Shown here in pieces: positions 24,681 to 36,535 of a stretch of 64,000 nucleotides of DNA. Source of the DNA: Marsupella aquatica. Lineage: Eukaryota > Plantae > Marchantiophyta. The stretch lies in assembly GCA_973895155.1 (NCBI GenBank), contig OZ316893.1, forward strand, positions 12,540,359 through 12,604,358. The letters run 5' to 3'. Position 1 is the first letter of the stretch. Each line of letters opens with the position of its first letter. Below the pieces are notes generated by a model. That model did no database searches and was not told the DNA's origin. It saw nothing but the letters and a program-made list of their open reading frames with translations. The translations under genes and the position numbers were made by a program.

Positions 24681-27600
24681 ATCCCTAAATGCATCATCAA
24701 AGCAAAAGAATTTAACAAACAGTAAAGAAAAGGCATATGCAAATGTGAAAATGTAGGAGGAGGAAAAAGAAAAGAAGCTAACGCTCACACTATAAAGAAG
24801 AGGCAAATGCAAATCTGAAAATGTAGGAGGAAAAAGAATAGAAGAAGCTAAGGCTGACAAACACTAATTAAAGAAGAGGCAAATGCAAACCCCCAAAAAT
24901 GCAGAAAAAAACAGAAAAGAAGAAGCTATGGCTGACAAAGACTAAAGAAGAGGCAAATGTCAACCCTCAAAATGTAGAAGAAGGAAAACGAAACGAAGAA
25001 GCTTCTTTTGAGTAAAATAAATGAAAAGAATGAAAAGCGCCAACAAGGAATTATAAAGAAAGGCATGAAAAGCGCACTCCAACGAAAAAGCTCACTCCAA
25101 GGCAAAGCTCACGGTTCGAAGGTAAATTTGCCGGAGTTACCCTGGTTGGGGACTTTTTGGTCGAAGACACTTTGGAGATCGAAGCACGCAAGCGACTCGA
25201 CGACGACTGAACGCTAGACGACTGCGAACTTGCGAAGTGCTGTGATCTGCGATGCGATTGGAGTGGATGGGGGGGATCTTCGTCTCGCGCAGGTTTGTTC
25301 TGAGTCACGAAAATGTTTCGCTTTGCCATGCTGTCTTGCATTGTCACGAGTTCAAATTCCGACGCGTGTGAAGCTCCGAACAATTTCATGTCGACCCACA
25401 ATCGGCCCGGGCCTGGCGAGACGGGTGAACGAGACGACACGAGGCGAGGCGAGGCGAGAGGACTGGTGTCACTCTCGTCCGTCCGGCTGCGGGACGTCAA
25501 GAGTAATGCAAAGCCGAATACGGCTGTGGCCTGTGCAGGTTGGAAGCGCAGTAGTGCAGGAGTGGAGCTAGGAGGCCGCCGCAATACCCACCTTCACAAG
25601 ACATCTTGTTCTTGTACTTTACTACCACCTTCTTCTCCCACCTTAAACTGTCACTCGGGCTGCTCGCTTCATCGATCGATCTGAAAGGGGTGATGTCTGC
25701 AACAGGCGGAGTTGTGGAGGTCGGAGCCCGAATGTGTGTTTCTATCTGTCGGTTCTCAATGTAGCATCTCTACTGTTGAATGAGGCAGACTGATTGAGAA
25801 GGATTGGACTGATCAATTCGCTTGAAGGAGAAGGGTCAGCTCGGTTATTCGTTTGTGATTGGCAGTGCATTGTGACTGCAAGCGCCACGCTCGCGCGGCA
25901 CTGGGTGACAGATCTCCAGCTTTGCTATCCCGCAGGAAGGATTAGAGTTGGTTTTCACAGTGGAAGCTGAAAATTGGCAACGCCGAACATTTTCTTGGAA
26001 GCTCCCCGGTCCGAGACGTGGATTGCTGGTTCGAACTCGCCGGTTGACTTTTGTTGCGCCACAGGCAGGCAGCTCGATTGGTGCCGGTACCGGGATAGCG
26101 CATGAAGCATCAGCTAAAATAATTTCAGCAGCTGGTGGCGCGATGCTTGAAAATGTAGGAATCAAAGTTCTCCGTCACTTACTACATTTGGTGAAATTCT
26201 AAGGTCGGGAAGTAGTCTAAGGCTGGAGATGATGCCTTTTCAGCCTTTGATGAATCGATCACGTGGCTAGCTAGCATCAAGGATGTGGAGGAATTTTTTG
26301 GTGTATATTGTGTAGCTGAAAATCTTTCTTCTGTGTGTGACTGGATGTAAGTTGTCGGAATGCAAGAAAGTGGCTCTACGTTCCAGAAAGAAGACGGGGG
26401 TGGTTTCCGGACCCGTCATTGAATCGTTGTTTCTTTTTCTGCCCGTTTCGGAACTCTTAACTCTGTTTTCCCCTTCGTGCCTTGCATTGAGTGCTCAGGA
26501 GCCTGTAACTTGCGAGAAGGACAAACTGGCCATCGAGAGTGAGCTAAACTGAGGCTAAAGTTTCTAGAAACTATCCTTGTCCTAGCTAGGTTCGTATTCA
26601 TCTTGCTCGCAATTTAAACAGTGGCTGGGGTTTAATTTGGACCTTCTTGTTTGGATGTAAAGTTTTTCATTTATGTGTTTGGATTATTTATGAGGTTCAA
26701 TCAATTTTTGTAGATGATGACATGATATTTACCTGATTGTTGGTGCCGGTTGTTACCAGATCGAATTAACAATAGTATGTTAATTAATAGGATGGGGGAG
26801 GTTCTTACCAGACTGAATGATAGTGAGGCCAAACAACAGGCACACTCAGTTTCGGCGGTCGGAATGTTTTGTGTCTGAAGTTTTTATTCAAACGTAGATA
26901 ACCCTGGGCAGCTTGCATATGTTGGGTAGATTAGCTTATTACAAGCGGAGTGCATTGGTTATTGATTGAAATATGCCGGCGAGGGAAAATCACTCATCTG
27001 CTGGGTGTTCTTGCAGGCTTTGGGGTAAATGAGGAAGCAGAGTCGATGTCTACGATAATTTCGAAGACATTTACTCTCACAGGTTTGATCCAAAATCTGG
27101 TGCTACAGAATCAATTTTGCATTCATTAAGGGCACTCAATGGAAAACGAAGTCTGCTCAGGGAAACAGTACGATCATTGCGGATGAGGCTGTAATATTGA
27201 GTAATAATTTGAAGAACTTCATTTCATCCCCATACGATTCAAGCATTTCCGGTCAGGAACCTAGCGTTACATTGTCGAACAATCCCGGGTAGCAAACTTT
27301 GTCGATTGGTAGTACGCACGCCACTCATGCACTGTTGTTAATCTGTGGTTTTTTCCTGCCTCCTCTCACAAAAGAGAAACACTTGCGGATTGATCGTCAG
27401 TACATACAGGCAACCCATGCCTGTACTGTTTTATTCTCTGGCTCTTATATTTGGCAAACTCTTACTTCGAATGAATTGAGCTGAAGAACTTCAACTTACA
27501 AAATTCATCTAGAGCAATGGCCCGGAGGACAAAAACCCAACTCGATCAAAGGCCTTTGAACGCAAAATTTTCCCGATTGAGAGCCACCCTGTAACAAGTC

Positions 27601-28242
27601 TGGCAGATATGCTAGTTTTTACATGTTGATTCTCCCTTCTTCTCACCTGGCAAACTTCTGATCCAGGTTCCTTGTGAGGATCTTCGTTCATTCTAATTCC
27701 AGATTATCAGCCTTAATCCTAGTATTGAGATATGCGGGGATTCCAAACATTTATCTACACACTGGCGTATATAGCGCTAAGAAATTGCCTAGAGCTTGAA
27801 GGTAAAGGAGACTCATCTGCTTTCACCGAAGAATTATTTCCCCATTGATTGGCGCCTGCAAAGAACCCCTGCTTGAATGTAAAGCGGGAATTTCTTCTTA
27901 ATTCTTTGATATGATGTCGTCAAGGCAAATTGTGGATGGCCACTTGGAAGAGATACACTGATACCCTCTTACAGTCTTACCAGAGAAGTTCGGCGATGTG
28001 AACCCAGGACTCATGATTTTGGACAATACATTCAAGACCAACTCATGGCTGCCAGTGTTATGTCTGCGAAAACTAGTTGAAACGAAAGAAAAACTGGAGA
28101 TCAGGTGGAGACAAGATCGAATGGGAAAGTAAGTTCTAAATGTGCTGAAGGAATTTAGGGTGTAAGGAACAAGTAAGTAGGGAACTCGGTAAGCTGTAAT
28201 GGTAGGTAGCATACACGAGGGCAGTAAAATGGAGGTGGCCTA

Positions 28243-28493
28243 GTAAGGTGTAAGGGAGAGGTAAGTTATGGTGTAAGATAATATAAGTAAGGTGTAAGGG
28301 AGAGATTATGGTGTAAGATAATATAAGAAAGGTGTAAGGGAGAGATTATGGTGTAAGATAATTTAAGTAAGGTGTAAGGGAGATTATGGTGTAAGATAAT
28401 TTAAGTAAGGTGTAAGGGATAGATTATGGTGTAAGATATTTAAGTAAGGTGTAAGGGAGATTGTGGTGTAAGATAATTTAAGTAAGGTGTAAG
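28243..28493. repeat. Minisatellite, six ~38-45-bp units AAGGTGTAAGGG(G)AGAGATTATGGTGTAAGATAATWTAAGT, decaying into related sequence to ~29030
   Basis: Units read directly. The AAGGTGTAAGG core recurs sporadically until ~28975. Confidence 0.92.
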
Positions 28494-29225
28494 GATGAAT
28501 TGAGTAAGTGGGGATGGTAAGGTATATGGGGGATGTGAGTTGTAAGGGATAGGCAAGCCGGTACAAGAGGGCAGGTGGCCTGGTAAGATCCCAGGGTGAG
28601 ATTTATGGTGCTAGAAAATTTAATTAAGGCTTCTGGATGAATTGGTAAGTGGGGGATGTAAGGTGTAAGGGGGAGACAAGCTGTTAGGGAAGGGCAAGCC
28701 AGATACAAGAGGTCAGGAAGAGGGAGGTGTCCTGGCAAGGACTAAGGGTAAAATTATGGTGCAACATACTCTAACTAAGGTGCAAGGTTGAATCAAGTAA
28801 TTAAGTAGTGGATGTAAGGTGTAAGGGGGAGGTTAAACATTGTAAGCTTAGGGATAAGTAAGGTACAAGATGGGTAGGAATGCGGGTTCTTTAGGTCTAA
28901 GGGTGAGATGATTGAGGTGCAATCTAAAAGTAAGGTGTAAGGAAGAAGGGAGTGGGGGATGCAAGGTGTAAGGGGTAGGTAGATTCCAAGGTGTAGATAA
29001 GGCATAAGAGGGCAGTAAGAGGAAGGTGATTTGTTAAGGAATTGGGTGGGAGATTTGACGAAAGGCATCCCATTGGAATGACGCTCTCCCCAAGCTCTAT
29101 ATGCCTCCACAATTTGTAGCACTGGATTCAAAAGGGCTTTGAACTCTAGCATTCCTAGAGGCCCTGAGAAATGAGTTTAGCTTACCTTCTCTCCTTAAAC
29201 CACAACTTCCCCTGTATAAGGGGAA

Positions 29226-29316
29226 GTGTCCAAGACCTCCCTTTTTTTTCATATTTCAATCACTCTTCTCGTGTGTCCAAGACCTCCCTTTTTTTTCATA
29301 TTTCAATCACTCTTCT
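29226..29316. repeat. 47-bp-period tandem duplication
   Basis: GTGTCCAAGACCTCCCTTTTTTTTCATATTTCAATCACTCTTCT at 29226 and 29273. Confidence 0.9.
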
Positions 29317-32300
29317 TGTCTAGTATGCCAGTTTGCTCCACAATTTCAAGAAAAATCTAACTATGGGTAACCAGTAGCTTTTGAAGGGCAGTTGTGCTTT
29401 AAACTACTTTCTCTATCCTTGTGGTGCCCTCTCCCTTCTATTCTCTGCACTGCCTGTAACTCAACTGTTCTCCCCGGAGAGAATAATCTTCAAAAGTACG
29501 TTTCAGCGTATAGAAATGTGGCTATTGATATTGGTTAGATTCTCCTCTACAGTCAATCATGATCAGAAGTATTGGTCCAATTTTCTATTACTCTTTGAAG
29601 GAAAACACATATGGTTCGCCACAATTAATAATACTTAATTGGGTTGCTGGGAATTCAAGCTCAGTCATTATTCCACAAATGGATCTTAGAAAACCATTCA
29701 TGGTTTGTAGTTCTTTGAGTTTGATATTTATCTGTTGATATCATTTATAGAATAATTATCATATTTGATTATCTTTATCAGGGCTGTACAGTTTATTTAA
29801 TTGGAAGATAGACCCTACCACATGATGTGAAAACTCTGAGGCGATTTTAGTGATTTGTGATGTTTACAGTAAATCAGTCTTACTAATTTCACATTCCTTT
29901 TACTACATCCGTTTCAGATCGCGAGTCGTCTTTTTCAACTCACAACCAAAACCAGAATACAGTTTTAGTAAAATACTTAAAGACTTATAACTCGAAAAAA
30001 GGAAAAATGAAGGAGGACAGTGCCTCAAAACCTGGCAATAGGAATTCCCGAATCTTTTTGATCTTTTGGATGGTAGTATTTGGTTTGATTAAGCACACCC
30101 TAGAAAATCCTGCCGTAGCTTACAATAGCAGTAGAAAGGGGCCAAGCGCGACATCCGTCGCGGACAGTTGAATAACTCTATTATCCGAGCTAGGCTGTAG
30201 TCGTCGAGTTGTCCGTCGGGAAACTCAGTGGTTGGTCTACGAGGCAACGAAGCAGTGGTTGGGGCAATGGATATTCCATTGCAATGGTCTGCGTGCCGGG
30301 TGTCTGGTCTCTTGTATCCAGTCCAGCAATCGGCCAATCGATGGCATTTCTCCACTGCGCAGCATTTTCATCTCTCCAAGCTCTGGACCCACATTTCTCA
30401 CGTTTAGAAGATGCAAAGAATACTTACTTAGCGAGTTCTATGTTATGAGAATTTTTTCTGTTGGGAGATTTCGTAGGGGAATTTCCTTTACTTCTCACGT
30501 CTCTTTCTCTGTTACAAACCTTCGTGGTTACCAACCGTATGGCAGGAATGTCATAGTCGGGCAAAGTAATATAGGAGAGCGATTTATTCTTACTCCAACC
30601 ATTCACTTGCTAGATTTTAATGTCATTCCCTTAGGATCAAGGGAATACCCAAATTGAGTAGATTAGTGAACACTGCTTCATAGACCAGTGACGAGACGAG
30701 CTGGATGACTTACAAGTGTCTTTTTGTGAGAAAAATAAATTCATTCAGCTCACCAGCTAGCAGCTTTGTAAAGATTGAGAACATGGCGGATAGTTCTCTT
30801 TGGTCATGCCACGTACTGGAAGCTCGAGTGCTGTATAATTAGTGTTCTGAACGAAAGAATGTGTCTTCTTCGCTTGTCAGGTTTGACAGAAAGTAGCGAC
30901 TGATTTCCACCAAGTATGACTGGAGCTCGAGATCAGATCTTCAACAAGCTGCAACCAATTCCAGGAATTGTTGAGACAGATTGGTACTTGGAGGAAGGTT
31001 TTATTTCTAGCTACAGAATTGTTTCTGAAGAGTTGATTCTATAAGCAAAGATCCGAACTCATGATAGTCAAGCATGAACATAATGATTCATTCTGCAACG
31101 TCTTAATACGTCCTTCAATTAAACATAATCAACCAGTCCTCAACAGTACACATCTCTTTACGTCTATCCTGTTCAATTCTATCTTAGTAGATGGTTTAAT
31201 TGGAAATGTATTCACATTTCTGCAATACGTTTATATCCTGCTTCTCTCTCAGACGATACGTTTGGTTGGAAATCCAATCACATTTAGCGATATTGTGGTT
31301 TTCCATGAATTGCACAGATTACACATCTCATTCCCAAGCCGAAACAATCACTCAGAAGTAGGTCGTCAGAACCGGATTGTGTGTGACCACGATATGTATC
31401 TCCTCAAGCAAGGGCTTAATGACTTGCTTCTGAACTCATGAAAATTCTTACATCGTCTTGCTATGATTTGCAGGATAGGATTCCCATCATAAGTTTACCC
31501 CTTCACAATTTTTTCCACATTCTAAGATGCTGTAACTGGGTAAGCCTAACATGTAAATGAGAGCTTTAATTCAATGCTTGAGTCGTGTGAGAGCGCTGGA
31601 TGCTTGAATCACCTGAGAGCGTTGGCCTTTGAATTGTAGAAAAGGTTTTGAACTAGCATGTACTGTGGAGATGATTTCTAGCATGAGTCTTTGACGTACC
31701 TAGCTGCTCAATAGTTAGTCACAGACTGTAATTGAATGAAATGAAATCAAAACGATCGAGTTGAAGCTTATTAAGAGTAGACGTAGCCTCATGAGCCTGT
31801 AATCTTGGAGAACTTCAGATCTTTGACAGATCAGTTATCTTCCAGCTCTCGAAATTTCATCAGGCTGGGTAAGAGCTAAGAAATTCTGTAAGTCAGAGCT
31901 CTTACAGTATTACAAACCAAAGCTACAAAAGCTGGAAGGTGAGATTGAACCTCTACCAACCAATGGTAGCCACGCACAAATTTGCGGTTGGCCGGTACAA
32001 ATGCACTCATCATCCTGACCCAACTACCAGAGCTTACGCTTGGGTTGGGAATTGTGCGAGGAGTGAAACAGTATCTGTCTATCTATCACAGTACGATAAA
32101 AATCTGCTCGCACGAGTAAATTTTTATTCAAGGATATTATTGGGTGAACAAACTTTGTTCACAATTTTTTAAGCCTTCTCTTGAAAAGGAGCACTTTACT
32201 TATCAGAAAAGTGAAACTCAGTAAGGAGTAAACCTACCAGACAAAAAAAAACAGTCACCCATATACCAAACAAATTTAGTCACGTACTCATCATTGGCAG

Positions 32301-32519
32301 AACAACTTGTTCAGTTGTTGGGATGGGGTCTGGCAATGGCCCTCAAATAATCACTCTCTGAAATGTATCGTCCCAAGGATTGAACAAGTAATGTCAAAAC
32401 AGGAATACTTAGCGTTTATTTGTCACAGGCCTGGTCTGAAGTATTGCCAAAACAGGAACGGGGCCTTGTGTCACAGGCCTGGCACAAACAGGGGGTATCA
32501 AATATAAGGTTGGCCATTA

Positions 32520-32992
32520 AGAGCCAACTTGCAAGTGTGGGTCATCAGAAATGCTGCCCTCAGCTGCAATGAAAGATTAGGGGAAAAAGTAGATCTTATT
32601 GCCCTCAGCTGCAATGAAAGATGGATTAGGCAAAAGTAGATTTTGTATCACAAATGGATCTTATCCATCAAGTGCAACATGGCATACTTTCAAGTTGGTG
32701 GCCCTCTTTGTCCCTTACCATCAAAGGTAATCAGGGCACAGCAAAGCTTCCAGTGTTACACTTTTGTAACATGTCACTTTCTCCCTTTTGTTTTAATTAC
32801 GCGAAAGTTTGATGTTGGGACCTCAAGGGTTGGAAGCTTTCCAGCACTTCACCTTGGAAGTGCTAATTTTATGGCCTCCCGCCTTGGATGTGAGGGGATA
32901 ATGGCAATTTCTCTCAGCCATTTGTATGTTGCCTATCAACAGTCAGGTTTAGGACTGAATTTTAGAGGACCTATGACATGCAAGTTGGCTCT
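32520..32992. mobile_element. MITE (473 bp), possibly PIF/Harbinger (Tourist)-like
   Basis: Perfect 14-bp TIR: AGAGCCAACTTGCA (32520-32533) and TGCAAGTTGGCTCT (32979-32992), extending imperfectly to ~24 bp. Flanks are TTA and CTA (3-bp TSD with one mismatch). Non-coding interior with an internal ~45-bp duplication. Confidence 0.7.
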
Positions 32993-34682
32993 CTAGTTCT
33001 ACGAGGAGTGCCAGTGCATGTAACTTATGCCTTGGTTACTTAACTTTTGTGAATTAGGGTAACTGCCAGGGTTCACTTTAATTGTGAATTTGGGTATCTT
33101 TGTCCAGTTCTTACATCCCATGATGGAGTGCTGTGCTAACACTGAAAGTTCCAACGCATTGTTTTAATTCTTAAACCACACCTCCCATATAGGAGCCTCA
33201 TTCACTCCCTCATTACTTCTCATTCTTGTCATTTGGTGAATAGTGTCTCACCATAAAAGGCGGAAACACTTAGTTGCCAATAAAAGATTATGCACTCGTC
33301 ACCTTTTGTGGCCCATTCCTGAACCTCTCAAATTATACCGTAGCTCTTTACTTCTACCCTATCGGTGCACTGGTAGTTGAAGCAGTCAGGGCATTATAGC
33401 TTACAGCTGCTGCAATTTCGGGATTGGCCGTTTGGCTGAGAACTGCAGGATGACTCTGCGGGCTAGCAACAGGGAGTGCGGCCCATTTTTTATCCGTCCG
33501 GCCAAAGCGAATGCGGTCATCTGTAAAATAGCAGCAGCCTTACAATTGACACCAGTGGTTGCTACATGCGCCCTGACCGCCATATTGTGCCTTTTTCTGG
33601 GCCGACAACAATTTTTTGCTTGCACCCATCCTAAGGATCCCGAGACAGATGTATGTGCGCCACCAAAAGCAGTTTCCTGACTGATGTTTTGGGCAATTTG
33701 GCAGGCGCCAAATGTGATTTCCTCGGCCTGCAAACTGAATCAACGGGCCACAGGATGCCACCCGTCGCACATTGATACTCATGGTTGTGAAACATTCCCT
33801 CCCATGGCCTGTGGGTTGGTCCATGATGATCAAGACCTCCATGTTTCAGTCAAATCCATGAGTCCAATACAGAAGAAGATTCTAAGATGTGTGCAAACTA
33901 ACTAAAAATGAGTGCCAAAGGAATCAAAGATTTTCATTTTTTAATAAAAAGAGAGCTTGATATGCTTTGCCTGCTGGGCTCACTGAAGGAAGACGTACTT
34001 GCGTGAGGTCTGACAGTAAACGCACGTGTGGTTCGAACCCGACCTACTGTAATAGGTTCGAACTTCGAGTTAGGGCAAGTTGGCGGGTCAGGTTCCAAGT
34101 ACCGGTGCCTTTTGCGATGGGCCTGTAAATGTTACAGGCAGCGAAGCGGGACCCTAAACATTCCCTTTCCAGGCCGCAACTCGCTAAACCGGTGCGGTCG
34201 CTCTAATAATGAAACGGCTGCGATACACGGGCGATTGAGTTTTAAAAGTATTGTATGTTGAGATAGATTCTTATTATATGTAACACTGCCACGCCAAACC
34301 GGGACACGTGGTCGTAGTACCCTTATCACCGCAGGTTCTAGACCACATCGTCCGGTGCGTTTCTAAACGGAGCTACCACCGACGTCGCTCACGATTGGGC
34401 ACGAGTCTGCATGCGGCATCTTATCGATAAATCGATAAGATATGTTTCGAAACCGCAGGTTGTCGAGACGCGAGAGTAGTACATTGTGGAGCGCGCGGGG
34501 ACGGAGGATATGATTGTTTCCGCCTGGAGCATATTCGAGACTTCTATACAATTCGTTTGGTTGATGATCGTACGAATGTGCGCGGGAGGAGAAGTATTTG
34601 ACGACGCAACTACTCTACTAGGTGCGTTTGATCTTTGATGATTCTTCATTCACACAAACGTCGGTCGCGCGCGCGCTGTCGC

Positions 34683-34806
34683 ACCTAAGATAGTAGACTG
34701 ATCGATTCACTCAAAGATTTGTCGGACCTAAGATAGTAGAATGATCGATTTACTCAAAGATTTGTCGGACCTAAGATAGCAGAATGATGGATTCATTCAA
34801 AGATTT
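34683..34806. repeat. 43-bp tandem repeat, ~3 copies
   Basis: ACCTAAGATAGTAGA(C/A)TGATCGATT(C/T)ACTCAAAGATTTGTCGG starting at 34683, 34726 and 34769. Confidence 0.9.
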
Positions 34807-36327
34807 CTTCATCATAGGTTGACACATAAGCTCCCGGTCCTCCGGCAGAGAATGGCAGCAACATCCGGAAAGAACCATTGCCAGTTTACTGCGTTCTGAG
34901 CAGGACTTCACACCGGAACATCATGAGAGCGCATTGTACCTCTGAAGAATTTCGAGAGCAACCAGACGCTGCATAAACTGAGATGAACATTGTATCTTTG
35001 AAGAGTTGAAGACTCTGATTAAAGCTTCCGTGGATATATGGGAGCCCGTTTAATTAGTCTGAGATGAACATTGCGGCTCTGGAAGCACAGAACATTGAAC
35101 TTGAGTCTGATTCTTCGATCCCGGCCCTGATTTCAAATTGATTTCGAACGGTAGTCACGGGGGCAAGGCAGACCAACGGAAGAATGTGCCAAGGGTCGTG
35201 TACATAGCCAGATCTTGGTTTCGTTCCGTACCTGACTTACTGTGCATAGTCGCTAGAAACCCCTCAGCTGTCAAGCTACAAAGACAGCAAGCTACCAAGC
35301 TCGGAAGGCGTATTAATTTCGATTTTGTGACACTTTTCGAGCCACCGATATGTGATCAGCCTTGAGCTCATTCATCGCTGTCAATCAAAACCTGCGTATT
35401 GACCAGATTGATTGCCTCAATCACCAATTCGCGAGATGGCTGAAGCTTCTTCATGGTCTGAACGTGGAATTTGCTTCAGCATGCCGAATCCAGCTTAGTT
35501 CACACTAGCTACAGTTGCTAGCGTCCATGTTCCACTATTTTTGAAAGGCCGCCGACTTAAACACCTAACCTATCGGACATTCGGACTGGAGCCGTAACAG
35601 TTGTCAAGGCTGGAGTAAGTGCAGTTTGTCTAGATTCAAGCTACAGCTAGCTATAGATTTGACAAACGACAGTTACATGACAACATTTATAGCTGTAGCT
35701 GTGACAAACGAATGTACGTAGGCGTCAGCTGTGAGTCTGTGACAGTCGCTTGTCGACGCTTTCAACGCTTTCACATAGACATCGACCGAAAGCTCTCCAG
35801 AGCTTTTCAACTGCAACAATTTGCCAGCGAGTTTTGTCTTAAAAAACTCATCTCCACGCACCGAGCTAGGCACATGGCTGATGTCCCCGGCCGAGCCAAT
35901 TACTTTCAGAAGGCCACAGCTTCAAGAAATCGAGCATGAAACTCTTCCATGCTTAGTAGTCCCCGAGTTCGATAGTGAACTAGGACCGGATGGCTTTTCG
36001 AAAGGGAAGTGTGTTATATATATGTCTTTATTACTGGGACTGTCTTATACTCTTATTAAAGATCAAAAGTTAAGTTTATTGAATAATAAAAGTAATGAAG
36101 TTAATGCGTGACTGGCCTTAATATTACTGGAATCACTCTGAGGTGCCTACAATATCTAAGTGCATAATCCCACCACCAGGTAGCAATTATCCATGGAATT
36201 GATAATATAATTGTTATATGGATAATCCATGGACAAAACAATATTTACGTATTTTTTTATTTGTGCATTGTCTGCATTCTCTAATAAGTGCATGGGAAAC
36301 GCAGGGTTAGGGGTTTAGACCCTGATC

Positions 36328-36535
36328 TCTCATATTGCACATTTAAATTGGATAAGTGCACAAAACTATTTAATGTATTTTCTGTTTATTAATAAATGAT
36401 GTATATATGCATTACAATAACCAATAATTGGATAGATTTCTCATATTGCACATTTAAATTGAATAAGTGCGAACTACTTTATGTATTTTCTGCTTATTAA
36501 TAAATGTTTTATATATGCATTGCAATAACTAATAA
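36328..36535. repeat. ~111-bp AT-rich tandem duplication
   Basis: TCTCATATTGCACATTTAAATTG.ATAAGTGC... starts at ~36328 and ~36439. Confidence 0.85.

Larger units (their letters stand above)
25590..30660 (+). ncRNA. Putative long spliced transcript without a recognisable CDS (boundaries approximate)
   Basis: GC-rich promoter-like segment 25200-25590, pyrimidine-rich start, candidate introns 26590-27016 and 28129-29917 (GTAAGT...TTTCAG). No family motif in the ORFs. Confidence 0.3.

Noticed and set aside
28384-29152. Pro/Leu/Tyr-rich minus-strand ORFs
   Set aside because: Translations of the minisatellite.
29381-29460. TGCACTGCCT partial match to the miR408 5' end
   Set aside because: Only about 10 nt match and no proper precursor stem.
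34029-34065. GGTTCGAACCC resembling a tRNA T-loop/B-box
   Set aside because: No acceptor stem, D-arm or anticodon arm could be built.
34683-34806. Short regular repeats (also 55417-55489) as a possible CRISPR array
   Set aside because: Contiguous tandem copies without unique spacers, no cas genes, eukaryotic context.
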